Positions 1-10,148 of a stretch of 64,000 nt of DNA are shown here, in pieces. How positions within the stretch are numbered: the first letter of the stretch is position 1; every line of letters starts with the position of its first letter. Under the pieces are notes generated by a model, which was given only the letters and a program-made list of their open reading frames with translations, made no database searches and had not been told where the DNA came from. Location: assembly GCA_038843015.1 (NCBI GenBank), contig JAWBSH010000003.1, positions 133,343-197,342 on the forward strand, in the 5' to 3' direction. The position numbers and the translations under genes were made by a program. Source of the DNA: Zestosphaera sp. GTDB lineage: Archaea > Thermoproteota > Thermoprotei_A > Sulfolobales > NBVN01.

Positions 1-1314
1 TGCGGGTACTCTCCAGCTCCTTTAACAGAGGAGAACAAAGAATTTATTGAGTATGGCGAGAGAGAATTTATTAAGGAGTTCGGCAGTATTCCCTGGCGTT
101 CTTTTAGTGAGTATCTTAAGAATCTTGAATTACTTGAGAAAAGCTTAAACGTAGTTACTCTAGTTGGTCACGGGACTCTAAGGAGTGCAGTCCTGGGCGC
201 GGGGGAAGCAAGACCTACGGCGAGACAGCTCGAAGAGATGAAGAATTTATTGATTGAAGCTATGAACGCGGGAGCTTTCGGCATGTCTTCAGGTCTTATC
301 TATGTCCCTGGAATTTTCTCAGACACTATTGAGTTGATTGAATTATCTAGAGTAGTCTCGAGATACGGAGGTGTTTACGCAACTCATATCAGGAATGAGG
401 GTGTTGGACTTATAGACGCAGTCATAGAAGCAACGCAAGTCGCGCTAGCTAGTGGCGTCAGTCTAGAGTTATCACATGTTAAGGCAGCTGGACCGCCTGC
501 TTGGGGAAGTGTTTCTAAGGTTCTAGACTTAATAGAGGAGTATGCTAGGAGAGGTTACGACTTCAGTGCCGATGCATATCCCTACGCGGCCAGTTCTACA
601 AGCCTGGAAGCACTACTACCTGCCTGGGTTAGAGAGGGGGGTTACGAGAAAATGGTTGAGAAGTTGAAGAAGCCAGAGTTACTGAATGAGTTAAAAAGTT
701 TTCTAATGAGGTACGGCATACCTGAAGAAATGCATAGTGACTGGGATAAGATAAGAGTTTCATACTCAGAAAATCATCCAGAGGTTCTAGGGAAGAACAT
801 AGAAGAAATATCAAGAATATGGGGTGTTGAGCCTGTAGACGCTATAGTTAGGTTGCTTGTAGAAGATGAAGGTCTGACAAATGTTGTGATGCACACTATG
901 AATGAAGACGATGTTGTTAAGGCAGTATCACACCCTCTAGTAGCTATAGGAAGCGACGGTAGCGTGATGAGGTTTGGCGAGGGAGTACCACACCCGAGAA
1001 ATTACGGGACATTCCCTAGAGTCATCGCTAAGTATGTGAGAGAGATGAAGGTCTTAAGTCTCCCGGAAGCTATAAGGAAAATGACTTCCTTACCTGCTAG
1101 AAAATTAGGGCTATACGATAGAGGAGTATTAAGGCCTGGTTTCAAAGCTGATATAGTAGTATTTAATTACTACACTATAAGGGATAGAGCGACTTACGAG
1201 AATCCACACACTTATTCGACCGGCGTAGAGTACTTGCTAGTTAACGGCGAGCTCGTAGTAAAAGAGGGTAAACACACAGGAGTTAAGTCGGGGAAGCTAT
1301 TGAGGAAGTCTTAA
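1..1314 (+). CDS. N-acyl-D-amino-acid deacylase (D-aminoacylase), amidohydrolase superfamily; 5' end off-window
   Basis: The reading frame is open from base 1 with no stop before the listed M at 238. Motifs GAFGMSSGLIYVPG, DAYPY, GSDG, HPRNYGTFPRV and ADIVVF are typical of D-aminoacylases. Confidence 0.8.
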   Translation, partial: CGYSPAPLTEENKEFIEYGEREFIKEFGSIPWRSFSEYLKNLELLEKSLNVVTLVGHGTLRSAVLGAGEARPTARQLEEMKNLLIEAMNAGAFGMSSGLIYVPGIFSDTIELIELSRVVSRYGGVYATHIRNEGVGLIDAVIEATQVALASGVSLELSHVKAAGPPAWGSVSKVLDLIEEYARRGYDFSADAYPYAASSTSLEALLPAWVREGGYEKMVEKLKKPELLNELKSFLMRYGIPEEMHSDWDKIRVSYSENHPEVLGKNIEEISRIWGVEPVDAIVRLLVEDEGLTNVVMHTMNEDDVVKAVSHPLVAIGSDGSVMRFGEGVPHPRNYGTFPRVIAKYVREMKVLSLPEAIRKMTSLPARKLGLYDRGVLRPGFKADIVVFNYYTIRDRATYENPHTYSTGVEYLLVNGELVVKEGKHTGVKSGKLLRKS

Positions 1315-1434
1315 GCTAGACTGTTTCCCATCTTCATTACCTCACATCACTCAAAAACCTGACCTACTCTATGAAGGTGGACTCATCCCTAGACGTAAGA
1401 CATTTAATAAATCCTGACTTATATTACACGAGCG

Positions 1435-2091
1435 GTGATTGCGTTGGCGATACTTCAGATAGCACTCGATTCAACAGATCTAAAAAGAGTTCTTAAGCTG
1501 TCTGTAGAAGTAGCTTCAGTGACTAAATGTGAGAGTGTGTGGCTTGAAGCAGGGACTCCCTTAATCAAGTCTTGGGGCACGTTGGCAGTGAAGTCTCTGA
1601 AGGACCTTACGGGCTGCTTCGTCGTAGCTGATACTAAATCTATGGACGTACCTGGTTTAGAGGGTGCAGTAATGTATGAAGCCGGTGCTGACGCGTACAC
1701 GGTCCTGGCTGTTGCTGAAGACGAAATGATTAAAGAAGCTGTAGAGGCCGCACGTAGTTATGGTAAGTCTGTGATAGGAGATTTAATAAGTCATCCTAGA
1801 CCACTTCAGAGAGCACAGGAACTCCACCGATTAGGTGTGGACACGATAGTTTATCATATAGGGATAAGCGTTCAGAGGGCTCGGGGTTTGAGAGCAATAG
1901 ACTTACTGAATGAGGCGGCGAGAATAAAGAGGGAAACATCACTCAGAGTAGCTGTAGCAGGTGGTATCAAACCAGAAGACGTTAAGAAAATAGTAGAAGA
2001 AGGCATAGACATAGTCATAATAGGGGGAGCCATAACTAACTCAGAAAGACCTATAGAAGCGGTTATGAAGACGCTCACGTACATGAAGTAA
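1435..2091 (+). CDS. 3-hexulose-6-phosphate synthase-like protein (OMP-decarboxylase fold, HPS/KGPDC family)
   Basis: LQIALD, EAGTPLIK and ADTKSMD motifs are present. Length is 218 aa with a GTG start. Confidence 0.7.
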   Translation: MIALAILQIALDSTDLKRVLKLSVEVASVTKCESVWLEAGTPLIKSWGTLAVKSLKDLTGCFVVADTKSMDVPGLEGAVMYEAGADAYTVLAVAEDEMIKEAVEAARSYGKSVIGDLISHPRPLQRAQELHRLGVDTIVYHIGISVQRARGLRAIDLLNEAARIKRETSLRVAVAGGIKPEDVKKIVEEGIDIVIIGGAITNSERPIEAVMKTLTYMK

Positions 2092-2148
2092 AACTTAAGC
2101 ACTTTCTTAGAAACATCAAATTTTTGTGATAAAATTTAGTTGAGATAA

Positions 2149-3501
2149 TTATTTATCGCACACTATAGCCTCGTTTAAGAGTTCCCTGCGAAGCTCTAGC
2201 AACTTCTCGTAAAGTTTCTCCGAGTCTATTCTCAAAGGCTTTTTATTAGAGATTATCTTTTTCCCATCCACATATACATCGTTAACGCTTTCATCTCCTA
2301 TGTTATAGACTATGGTAGTGTAAGGGTCTTCTCTCAAACTCGCAATCCTGGTCTTAGGCGGTTTCAGGACCACTATGTCGGCCTTCATGCCAGGTTTTAA
2401 TGCTCCAACTAACTCTCCTATACCTAAGCTTTTGGCAGCTTTGCTAGTAATCATCTCAAGAACTTCTCTTGGTTGGAGCTTGCCAGGCGTTCTATAACGA
2501 CTTGACTGTGCAGCTATAGCTAGCTTTACTTGCTTGAAGAGACTTAAGTCTCCGTCTGTTACGGGCCCGTCCGTAGCTAGAGATACTGTAATACCTCTCT
2601 CTAAAAGCTCTCCTACCCTCGCTATGTCTTGACCCCAACTCATTATAGTGAACGGTGAGTACGCAACGTATATTTCGTGCTTAGACAACACCTTAATATC
2701 TTCGTCTGTAAGATACACTGCGTGAGCCAGTAAAGGTTTGGTTCGCAAGATACCCAGTTTTGCGGCTAGGTCCGTAGGCGTCACTCCATATTTACTCCTA
2801 ACGTAGTCAAGCTCGTGTAGAGACTCAGAGAAGTGCATATGGATTCTTATGCCGCTCTCCTCTGAGAATTCGACAGCCTTAAGTATAGTCTCGGTACTGC
2901 ACGAATACATTGCATGAACTCCTATCATAGTCTTCACTCTGCCGTTTGCGGTCCCGTTGAAGTTTAAAGCGAAGTTTATTGAGTCCTCGATAGTGTGTTT
3001 TGGTGCGTGCTCACTATACTCTACGACACCCTTAGCTAGAACACCCCTAACACCTAACTCCTCAACAGCTCTGACTACTTCTTCTTCATAGAAGTATTGG
3101 TCCGCGAAAGTAGTAATACCGTTTTCCAGCATCAGTAGTATTGAAGCCTTCGTAGACACGTAGATGTGTTCTGGTCTTAACAGACCCTCGACACACCAGA
3201 TTTTCCTCAACCAGTCAAATCCAGTCAAGCCAGCTCCTAAGCCCTGGAGAATTAGCATCGGTGCGTGCGTGTGAGTATTTATTAGTCCGGGCATCACTAT
3301 CGCGTTCTCATCTCCCTCAACGAGATCACACCTTACTGAATCTCTCTTATCCCATCTCGTCACTTCTTCAATCAATCCAGTAGCGTCATCAAACGCAACT
3401 AGCCCGTTACTTATTAGCCCGTATTCTCTACTCATAGATACTATGAGTCCTCTTAAGCACACGATCATTATTATGAACACCCAATATCTCATTAACAACA
3501 A
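2149..3501 (-). CDS. ATZ/TRZ-type amidohydrolase deaminase, MtaD-like (5'-methylthioadenosine/S-adenosylhomocysteine deaminase family)
   Basis: Metal and catalytic motifs are HTHAPM (HxH), HMHFSES (HxxE) and ATDG. The hydrophobic first 22 aa look like an ORF extension. The likely real start is the M at 3435 (MSREYGLISNG). Confidence 0.7.
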   Translation of the reverse strand: MLLMRYWVFIIMIVCLRGLIVSMSREYGLISNGLVAFDDATGLIEEVTRWDKRDSVRCDLVEGDENAIVMPGLINTHTHAPMLILQGLGAGLTGFDWLRKIWCVEGLLRPEHIYVSTKASILLMLENGITTFADQYFYEEEVVRAVEELGVRGVLAKGVVEYSEHAPKHTIEDSINFALNFNGTANGRVKTMIGVHAMYSCSTETILKAVEFSEESGIRIHMHFSESLHELDYVRSKYGVTPTDLAAKLGILRTKPLLAHAVYLTDEDIKVLSKHEIYVAYSPFTIMSWGQDIARVGELLERGITVSLATDGPVTDGDLSLFKQVKLAIAAQSSRYRTPGKLQPREVLEMITSKAAKSLGIGELVGALKPGMKADIVVLKPPKTRIASLREDPYTTIVYNIGDESVNDVYVDGKKIISNKKPLRIDSEKLYEKLLELRRELLNEAIVCDK

Positions 3502-3538
3502 AACTTAAGTACGGAATTATGATTTAATTTAAAAAGAC

Positions 3539-4387
3539 TTACCCTAAGATTTTTATTCTGTCAGCCCAGTAGAGGCCTCGCGCCTTTATTGGGGGATACA
3601 GTATGAAGCCTAATATCGGAGTTATTATGGCTGTTATGAATGCGTTGTTGAATATCACCCAAGGCGCGAAAAAGCCCCATATGAACGCTTTAGGTAATCC
3701 TATAACAGGTTCTGCGAAGTCGAGCCACCAAGAAATATATAGTGAGCACCACACGCTAGATACTAGAACTCCCCATACATAGAACTCGATGATGCTGCGC
3801 GGCGTCCTGAACGAGTGGTCTCTCATTAGCTTGTAAGGTACGTAAGCTATTATGAAGTTCCCCACGAAACCTCCTAAGCTACCTACGCTTAGGTATCCGG
3901 CTAGCGCGTCAGCTATGAAGTTACCTATTGATGTTCCTAAGGCGCCAGGAATGCCGAATAGTATTCCGAAAAGCGGTGCGAGGGCGTTGGCTGGTCTAAC
4001 CCACGTGAAGCCAGGTATTATAGGTATTCCCCCAGTAGCTGCTAACGCGCCACCGTAGACAGCTGCAGACAGCGCGGCCACAGACACGTCAATCGCGTCC
4101 CACTTTATTACTTGCCTCACTATCTTTAAACCCTTGAAAGTCCTGCCACTTAACTCCATGAAGAATATGAGTGTACCCACTAACCACAAGACCCCGCTAA
4201 TTGCGAATAGTCCATCTCTCCCTAAGATGTTGAAAGGTTGTGTTATTATCCATTCACTGGATTTGTCAAGTCCTTTAGCTAGTATGTCAAACCCTATGTA
4301 GAATATGAAGGCTACGAAGATAGCTGCTATTATGAAGGCAATAATCCATAATGCTGATGAGATGGGTCTAGAAGCCATCATGCTCAC
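3539..4387 (-). CDS. polytopic membrane protein, possibly an ECF-type substrate-capture (S) component
   Basis: About 7-8 hydrophobic helices. The Gly-rich stretch GNFIADALAGYLSVGSLGGFVGNF resembles S components. No catalytic motifs were seen. Confidence 0.35.
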   Translation of the reverse strand: MSMMASRPISSALWIIAFIIAAIFVAFIFYIGFDILAKGLDKSSEWIITQPFNILGRDGLFAISGVLWLVGTLIFFMELSGRTFKGLKIVRQVIKWDAIDVSVAALSAAVYGGALAATGGIPIIPGFTWVRPANALAPLFGILFGIPGALGTSIGNFIADALAGYLSVGSLGGFVGNFIIAYVPYKLMRDHSFRTPRSIIEFYVWGVLVSSVWCSLYISWWLDFAEPVIGLPKAFIWGFFAPWVIFNNAFITAIITPILGFILYPPIKARGLYWADRIKILG

Positions 4388-4671
4388 CTCCTTAACACGC
4401 CGGCCCGCATCCAGTAATAGAGTACTGCACCCAGGCCGACAACCAATAATGCCACACCTATTATATTAGCTACTGGGTAAAGACCTGACTCATATACTCC
4501 AGCATAGACGAAAAGATAGTAAATCCCCATAGTGAGAAGCCATAGAAGCCCTATTAGCAAGACTAAAAGTCCCCCCTTAGCCTTACTAACTAACAAGACT
4601 ATGCCGGCAACAAATATTATGATTCCTATAACTGTTAATAGAAGGTACTGATCTATCATTGGATTCACCAC
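4384..4671 (-). CDS. small membrane protein (3 predicted TM helices)
   Basis: The 95 aa product is almost entirely hydrophobic. Its stop overlaps the start of the downstream membrane gene by 4 nt, which suggests coupling. Confidence 0.45.
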   Translation of the reverse strand: MVNPMIDQYLLLTVIGIIIFVAGIVLLVSKAKGGLLVLLIGLLWLLTMGIYYLFVYAGVYESGLYPVANIIGVALLVVGLGAVLYYWMRAGVLRR

Positions 4672-5018
4672 ATGATAATACCTATTATAGTAAATTTAAG
4701 TTTTTTAGCTCTCTGAATTAAAAGAGCATAACAAAGTTGTTGCATCTGAAAGCCTAGTCTCTTGGAACGAGAATGAGTAGAAAGATTTATAATGCTTGTG
4801 TTTACAGTATCTTTTGATGGGATACTTGCTCATGATAGTTACCTCAGAATACTTGAGGAGCGAGCCTCTCATAGATTCGGGAATTACGTCCTCGCCTCAC
4901 ATTATATGGAATAGAGGTGGTGTCTCCAAGACCTGGCACGAGGTTAAATCCCTGATAGAGGAGGGATATAGTCTTAAACTCTCCAGAGTCCTGCTATTCA
5001 TGACGGGGAGGAATTCAA

Positions 5019-5762
5019 GTGAGTGAGACCGTTCACATAAGAGTTAGTAAAAAAGAAGACGTTGCTGAGAGAGTTATTATTGCTGGTGATCCAGCACGCA
5101 TTGATCTATTGAGGGAATTCTTAGAAGAACCCAGACTAGTAAGTAGTGTGAGAGGTTATCACGTCTATACAGGCTCTTATAAGAGTGTGCCAGTCACTCT
5201 TGCTGTTCATGGGATAGGTTCTGGGTCAGCCGCCTTAGTAATAGAGGAATTAATCATGTTGGGTGCTAAAGTCTTGGTTAGATTAGGGACCTGCGGCGCT
5301 ATGATTAAAGAGTTAGATGTGGGTGATGTTGTAATGCCTGCTGGCGCCTCGTACTATTCTGGCGGGATTTTTTATCAGTACTTGGGTGAGTTAGTTTCTC
5401 AGGCAGCGATTCCTGATTTCCAGTTGTTTAAGAACCTCGTTGAGGAAATACACTCGTCTGGTATTAAGTATTTAGTAGCTCCTATAGTAAGTTGTGATGC
5501 TTTCTATACTGAGGAGGGATTTATTAGTAAGTGGGTTAAGAGAGGTGCGGTAGCGGTAGACATGGAGACAGCTATACTGTACGTGTTAGGTCTCTTGAGG
5601 AACGTGAAGACAGCTTCAGTATTAATTGTGAGTAACTCATTAGTTAAACCTAGTAGATTCCTCTTAGCTGATGAGTTAAAGAGCTTCGTTAAGCGAGTAG
5701 CTGTCAGTGTTTTAGAAGCACTTATTAAGACGCCGGCCGACATGAAGCAACTCAATCGCTAA
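5019..5762 (+). CDS. nucleoside phosphorylase, PNP/UDP family (DeoD/Udp/hexameric MTAP-like)
   Basis: Motifs GDPARIDLL, RLGTCGA and VDMETA are present. Length is 247 aa with a GTG start. Confidence 0.75.
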   Translation: MSETVHIRVSKKEDVAERVIIAGDPARIDLLREFLEEPRLVSSVRGYHVYTGSYKSVPVTLAVHGIGSGSAALVIEELIMLGAKVLVRLGTCGAMIKELDVGDVVMPAGASYYSGGIFYQYLGELVSQAAIPDFQLFKNLVEEIHSSGIKYLVAPIVSCDAFYTEEGFISKWVKRGAVAVDMETAILYVLGLLRNVKTASVLIVSNSLVKPSRFLLADELKSFVKRVAVSVLEALIKTPADMKQLNR

Positions 5763-5828
5763 GCATTTTAAGTCTTTAAGTCTTCGTTTTTAATTATTTC
5801 ATGACTACTTAATCGCGGGCGAGTTAAG

Positions 5829-6839
5829 ATGAAAGCTCTACTCCTCTACTCACCAGGTGTTTTGAGATTAACAGATGTTCCTGACCCTGTATTAGGTGAG
5901 AATCAAGTATTGATTAAAGTCGAGAGGTCAGGTATCTGCGGTACTGATAAGGCTTTCTACAAGGGAACCTACAGACCTGGTAAAACACCGATAATACTGG
6001 GTCATGAAGTTTCTGGTAGAGTTGTTGATTTGGGCAAGAACGCCAGTATCGATAAATCTATAATTGGCGCTAGAGTTACTACAGAAATAAACTTCTACTG
6101 CGGTAAGTGCTGGTATTGTAGAAATGGTTTACCCACACACTGTCCTTATAGGGAAACCCTAGGTATATCTGTTGACGGTAGTTTCGCAGAGTACGTAGTG
6201 AGTAGGCATGATTTAATACACGTAGTAAATGATTTAACACCTCTTCAGGCAGCTTTTGTCGAACCCCTCGCAGCTGTAGTTGAAATGGTTGAGTTGGCGC
6301 CACCACAACATAACGCAAACATAGCGGTAATAGGGGTTGGGACTGTAGGGCTTTTAACTTTAGGACTTCTTTCAAGACTCTATGAGCCCAGACTTTTGGT
6401 AGCTGTGGCTAGACCAGACACTCCTAAGAGAAACGTAGCTTTCGACATGGGCGCGCACGAAGTATTATCTGGTGAGGAACTAGCAGAGGTGGTTGCTAGA
6501 AATACTCCTGAAGGAGCTGGGTTTGATTACGTGGTTGAGGCTTCAGGAACTCCTGAGGGACTTCAAAAAGCTGTCGAGATCGTGAGACCACGTGGTGTCG
6601 TAGCAGTCAAGTCTACACACGGCATCCCGACTAAAATTGACGTGACTAAGCTAGTAGTAAAAGAAGCTAGTCTTGTAGGGAGTAGGTGTGGCCCCTTCAA
6701 GAAAGCCATAAAACTGTTGAGAGAGGGGGTCATCCAAGTAGAGAAGCTAGTTACTTCAGAGTTTCCCTTAAGTAGAGGCATTGAAGCGTTTGAGAAAAGC
6801 TTTGAGAGAAGAGAGATAAAAGTTCACATAATCGCTTGA
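5829..6839 (+). CDS. zinc-dependent alcohol/threonine dehydrogenase-like oxidoreductase (MDR family)
   Basis: GICGTD and GHE zinc-ligand motifs, the structural-zinc cysteines CGKCWYCRNGLPTHC, and the GVGTVG Rossmann motif. Confidence 0.8.
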   Translation: MKALLLYSPGVLRLTDVPDPVLGENQVLIKVERSGICGTDKAFYKGTYRPGKTPIILGHEVSGRVVDLGKNASIDKSIIGARVTTEINFYCGKCWYCRNGLPTHCPYRETLGISVDGSFAEYVVSRHDLIHVVNDLTPLQAAFVEPLAAVVEMVELAPPQHNANIAVIGVGTVGLLTLGLLSRLYEPRLLVAVARPDTPKRNVAFDMGAHEVLSGEELAEVVARNTPEGAGFDYVVEASGTPEGLQKAVEIVRPRGVVAVKSTHGIPTKIDVTKLVVKEASLVGSRCGPFKKAIKLLREGVIQVEKLVTSEFPLSRGIEAFEKSFERREIKVHIIA

Positions 6840-6942
6840 TAGGTAATCTCATGCAACTCCACAGCTACGAGGCTTCCTTTTACTCACACGTTGAAACAAT
6901 TTTTAAATCCTAATTTCTACTAGGATTATAAGATGTCAGCAG

Positions 6943-7764
6943 GTGGTTGCAGTGTCTCTTTCGGGACTTTATCTGCCTAGAGATTCTGTGATCCATAAGC
7001 TAGATGCTCGTGTTAAATTAGCTTGGTTTATTTTAGCTTTTGCAGCCTCAATAGCTAGTCAGTGGGATGGTTCTGTTTCGGTATTTGTGTATTTATCACT
7101 TATAGTAGGGTTGGCGCTTGCTAAGATATCTGTGAAGAGAGCTATTCTAACTATAGTGTATAGTGTAGTGTTCTTTCTAGTAACTACTTTAGTGTGGGCG
7201 TCTATGTACCAGGATGTGGGCAACTACATCACTACTTTCCCTCTAATCAATATTAGGTTGACTGACGCAGGACTCTTAGTAGGGACTGGAAAATTCTTCC
7301 TCATAGTAAACCCCATCACAGCTTTTTTGCTACTCATGACCACCACCAGGATGTACGATTTGCACTACATAATCACTAAAGCCGGGTTACCGTATAAAGC
7401 AGGTTTTATGTTTACTCTAGCCTTAGGTTTACTACCCTACACGTTTACTGAGATAAAAAACATAATTGATGTTCAGAAAGCTAGGGGGCTAGAAGTAGAC
7501 TCAAGAAACCCTATTAAGAAAATAGTCTACGTAGTGCCGATTTTCGTCCCTCTAGTAATAAGGATGATGAGTTACGTGTGGGACTTAAGCATAGTTTTAA
7601 GTGTTAGAGGGTTTGGAGCACACCCCAAGAGATCATACTACTTCTCTCTTAAGTGGGGTAAGAAAGATACGATAGCATTGTCATTGCTAACAGCAATGTA
7701 TTTATCGATAATATTCCTCAAGCTAACAGGCTTTTCTACTTACTACTTCTTGAGGGGTGTGTGA
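6943..7764 (+). CDS. ecfT: ECF transporter transmembrane (T) component, EcfT/CbiQ family
   Basis: Polytopic membrane protein with the signature QKARGLEVD loop. Its end overlaps the start of the following fused ECF ATPase gene. Confidence 0.75.
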   Translation: MVAVSLSGLYLPRDSVIHKLDARVKLAWFILAFAASIASQWDGSVSVFVYLSLIVGLALAKISVKRAILTIVYSVVFFLVTTLVWASMYQDVGNYITTFPLINIRLTDAGLLVGTGKFFLIVNPITAFLLLMTTTRMYDLHYIITKAGLPYKAGFMFTLALGLLPYTFTEIKNIIDVQKARGLEVDSRNPIKKIVYVVPIFVPLVIRMMSYVWDLSIVLSVRGFGAHPKRSYYFSLKWGKKDTIALSLLTAMYLSIIFLKLTGFSTYYFLRGV

Positions 7765-9490
7765 AGTGTCTACGGTAATCAGTATTGAGGACTTATGGTT
7801 TAAATATTTAGCTAGTAGCGAGTGGGTTCTAAAGAACATCAACTTTAAAATGAAAGAGGGTGAGACGGTAGTCATCATGGGTCCTTCAGGCTGTGGTAAG
7901 TCGACATTACTGTATGTTCTAGTCGGGATGATACCGCACGTGATAAGGGGGGAATTAAGAGGTAAGGTGAACGTTCTAGGAATGAACGTTGAGGAGGTGA
8001 GGCCTGAAATACTTAGTAGGCACATAGGCTTTGTTTTCCAGAACCCTGAACTCCAGGTCATAATGCCTACTATTCTTGAGGAGTTAGTATTCGGGTTAGA
8101 GAATTTAAACTTAAACAGAGAAGAAATTGAAAGACGAGTGACTGAAGTCCTAGATTTTATTGGATTTAGAGGAAGAGAGTTTGAGGACCCGCACGCCTTG
8201 AGTTCCGGGGAGAAGCAGGTGCTAGCTATCGCGTCAGTACTTGCTTTAAGACCTAAAATCCTCGTTTTAGACGAACCTACTTCTATGTTAGATCACGTAG
8301 GTACCTCTAAGATATTAGGTTTGGTTGAGAAGCTAAAGAGAGAAACGAATCTTTCTCTACTGGTTGTTGAGCATAGGATTGAGTGGATAGCAGAACACGC
8401 TGACAGAGTTATCGTAATGAAGGACGGCGAGTTCGTGAGAGAGGGAACACCCAAAGAGATATTCAATGATAAGGAGTTAATTCAAAAGACTGGTGTGAGA
8501 CCACCTCAAGTCTCTGAAATCTTTTACAAGGTAGCTGAACGCAGACCTCAATTAATTAAGAGTGGGATACCTGTGACGATGAGTGAGGCTCTCAACCTCA
8601 TAAGTGAGGCAGGGCTTAACACGAACACATTATTTCATCTGGTTCCTGTGGAGGGCGGGTCTGAAAAGCCGTGTGAGGACGTTTTAATTAGTGTTAAGGA
8701 TCTCTGGTTCAGGTACAGGAAAGATTCGCCGTGGGTTCTTAAGAACATTAACTTAGACATATGTAGGAGGGAGTTCGTAGCTATCATAGGGCATAGTGGT
8801 GCAGGAAAAACAACTCTAGTAAAACACTTTAATGGCTTGTTAAAGCCTGTGAGAGGTAATGTGATTGTAGCAGGACGAGATACTAGGAGGGTGCCCACAT
8901 CCATGCTAGCAAGAGTTGTTGGTATGGTAATGCAGAACCCGGAAGCTCAGTTCTTCGCGAGCACTATATATGAGGAAATGAGCTTCTCTCTTAAGAGGAT
9001 TGGTTTAAAGAAGGAGGAGATAGAAAGCAGAATTAGAGAGGCTTTTGAAATAGTTGATTTAGTTAAACCATTAGACATATCACCTCACCTCCTCAGTTTT
9101 GGCGAGAAACATAGGTTAGCTATAGCTTCAGTGCTTGTTTTAAAGCCTCAAGTACTAGTCTTAGATGAGCCGTTCTCAGGACTTGACTACAAGAGGAGTC
9201 TCCAGCTCTTACTAGCTTTAAGAAGATTTGTTGAGGATGGAGGTACTGTAGTCTTAGTAGCGCACGACCTCCAGTTAATCAGTGAAGTAGCTGATAAAGT
9301 GGTTGTGTTAGAGAACGGCACTATAAAGCGCATCGGCGCTATGAGAGAAGTCTTAAGTGATGCCGAGTGGCTAAAAACTCAGGGTTTCACACCTCTCCAG
9401 TCAGTGTTGCTAGCTAGGGAGGTAGGTCTGAAATCTTTAGTCAAGACTGGCGAGATCTCAGAAGCGCTTGTTAATGCTCTTAAATCTTAA
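7757..9490 (+). CDS. fused ECF transporter ATPase (EcfA1-EcfA2, two ABC domains)
   Basis: Two complete ABC cassettes are present. The first has GPSGCGKST, LSSGEKQ and LVLDEPTSMLD. The second has GHSGAGKTT, LSFGEKH and LVLDEPFSGLD. Confidence 0.85.
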   Translation: MCEVSTVISIEDLWFKYLASSEWVLKNINFKMKEGETVVIMGPSGCGKSTLLYVLVGMIPHVIRGELRGKVNVLGMNVEEVRPEILSRHIGFVFQNPELQVIMPTILEELVFGLENLNLNREEIERRVTEVLDFIGFRGREFEDPHALSSGEKQVLAIASVLALRPKILVLDEPTSMLDHVGTSKILGLVEKLKRETNLSLLVVEHRIEWIAEHADRVIVMKDGEFVREGTPKEIFNDKELIQKTGVRPPQVSEIFYKVAERRPQLIKSGIPVTMSEALNLISEAGLNTNTLFHLVPVEGGSEKPCEDVLISVKDLWFRYRKDSPWVLKNINLDICRREFVAIIGHSGAGKTTLVKHFNGLLKPVRGNVIVAGRDTRRVPTSMLARVVGMVMQNPEAQFFASTIYEEMSFSLKRIGLKKEEIESRIREAFEIVDLVKPLDISPHLLSFGEKHRLAIASVLVLKPQVLVLDEPFSGLDYKRSLQLLLALRRFVEDGGTVVLVAHDLQLISEVADKVVVLENGTIKRIGAMREVLSDAEWLKTQGFTPLQSVLLAREVGLKSLVKTGEISEALVNALKS

Positions 9491-10148
9491 CCTCTCTACT
9501 ACATGAACTGTCTTAGTTCATGAGTCATAAACAAAACCTGATATAAATGTTTGGCAGTTACATATCATTAAAATAGTCTTGATGACCTGATAGTGGTAAA
9601 GACGAGCTCCTAGTTACCGTGGAGTGATTTGCATGATTATCTTGAAAATATATTAATTAACAAATATATTAACACGGAGACTAGCATTATAGCTAAACCA
9701 ACTATTGAGAGCGCTAATCCGCTCGTAATCGTCTTATGTGTATTAGTGCTGGAACATAGATTAAATAGTATAGTCTCTATAGATGGTGTCCACAGGTAAT
9801 AGGTTTGGCATGGCTACTTCATCCTCGAAGTAGCAGGTAATGTCTGAGGTAACTTTAAAACTCTCTAAAACGTTAGGGGGCTTTTAGGAGCTCGTAGGTA
9901 ACTGCAGTCGAGAGTAAGCGTAAGCAGGTTTGGGTGCGTAATAGTAAGCTAATAGAGACACCTAGTAGACGAGGAGCTAGTTAGCAATATCGAGATAGGA
10001 GAATCGCTGGGTTCGCCACTGACGTGTATGCTCTCACTTTCATCATGTACTTTCGCGTTTTAGTAAACTTGCTAAGCTTTAGATAGAGATATTGTATGGA
10101 GATATGACTAATTTACGGGTTTAGAGTAATTTTTAGTTAGGGACTAGT

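Noticed and set aside
4796-5026. 76-aa ORF upstream of, and overlapping by 8 nt, the nucleoside phosphorylase start.
   Set aside because: It has no recognisable family and a non-ATG start, and it lies in a divergent promoter region. The overlap could indicate coupling, but the evidence is too weak to call a gene. It is worth checking only with expression or conservation data.
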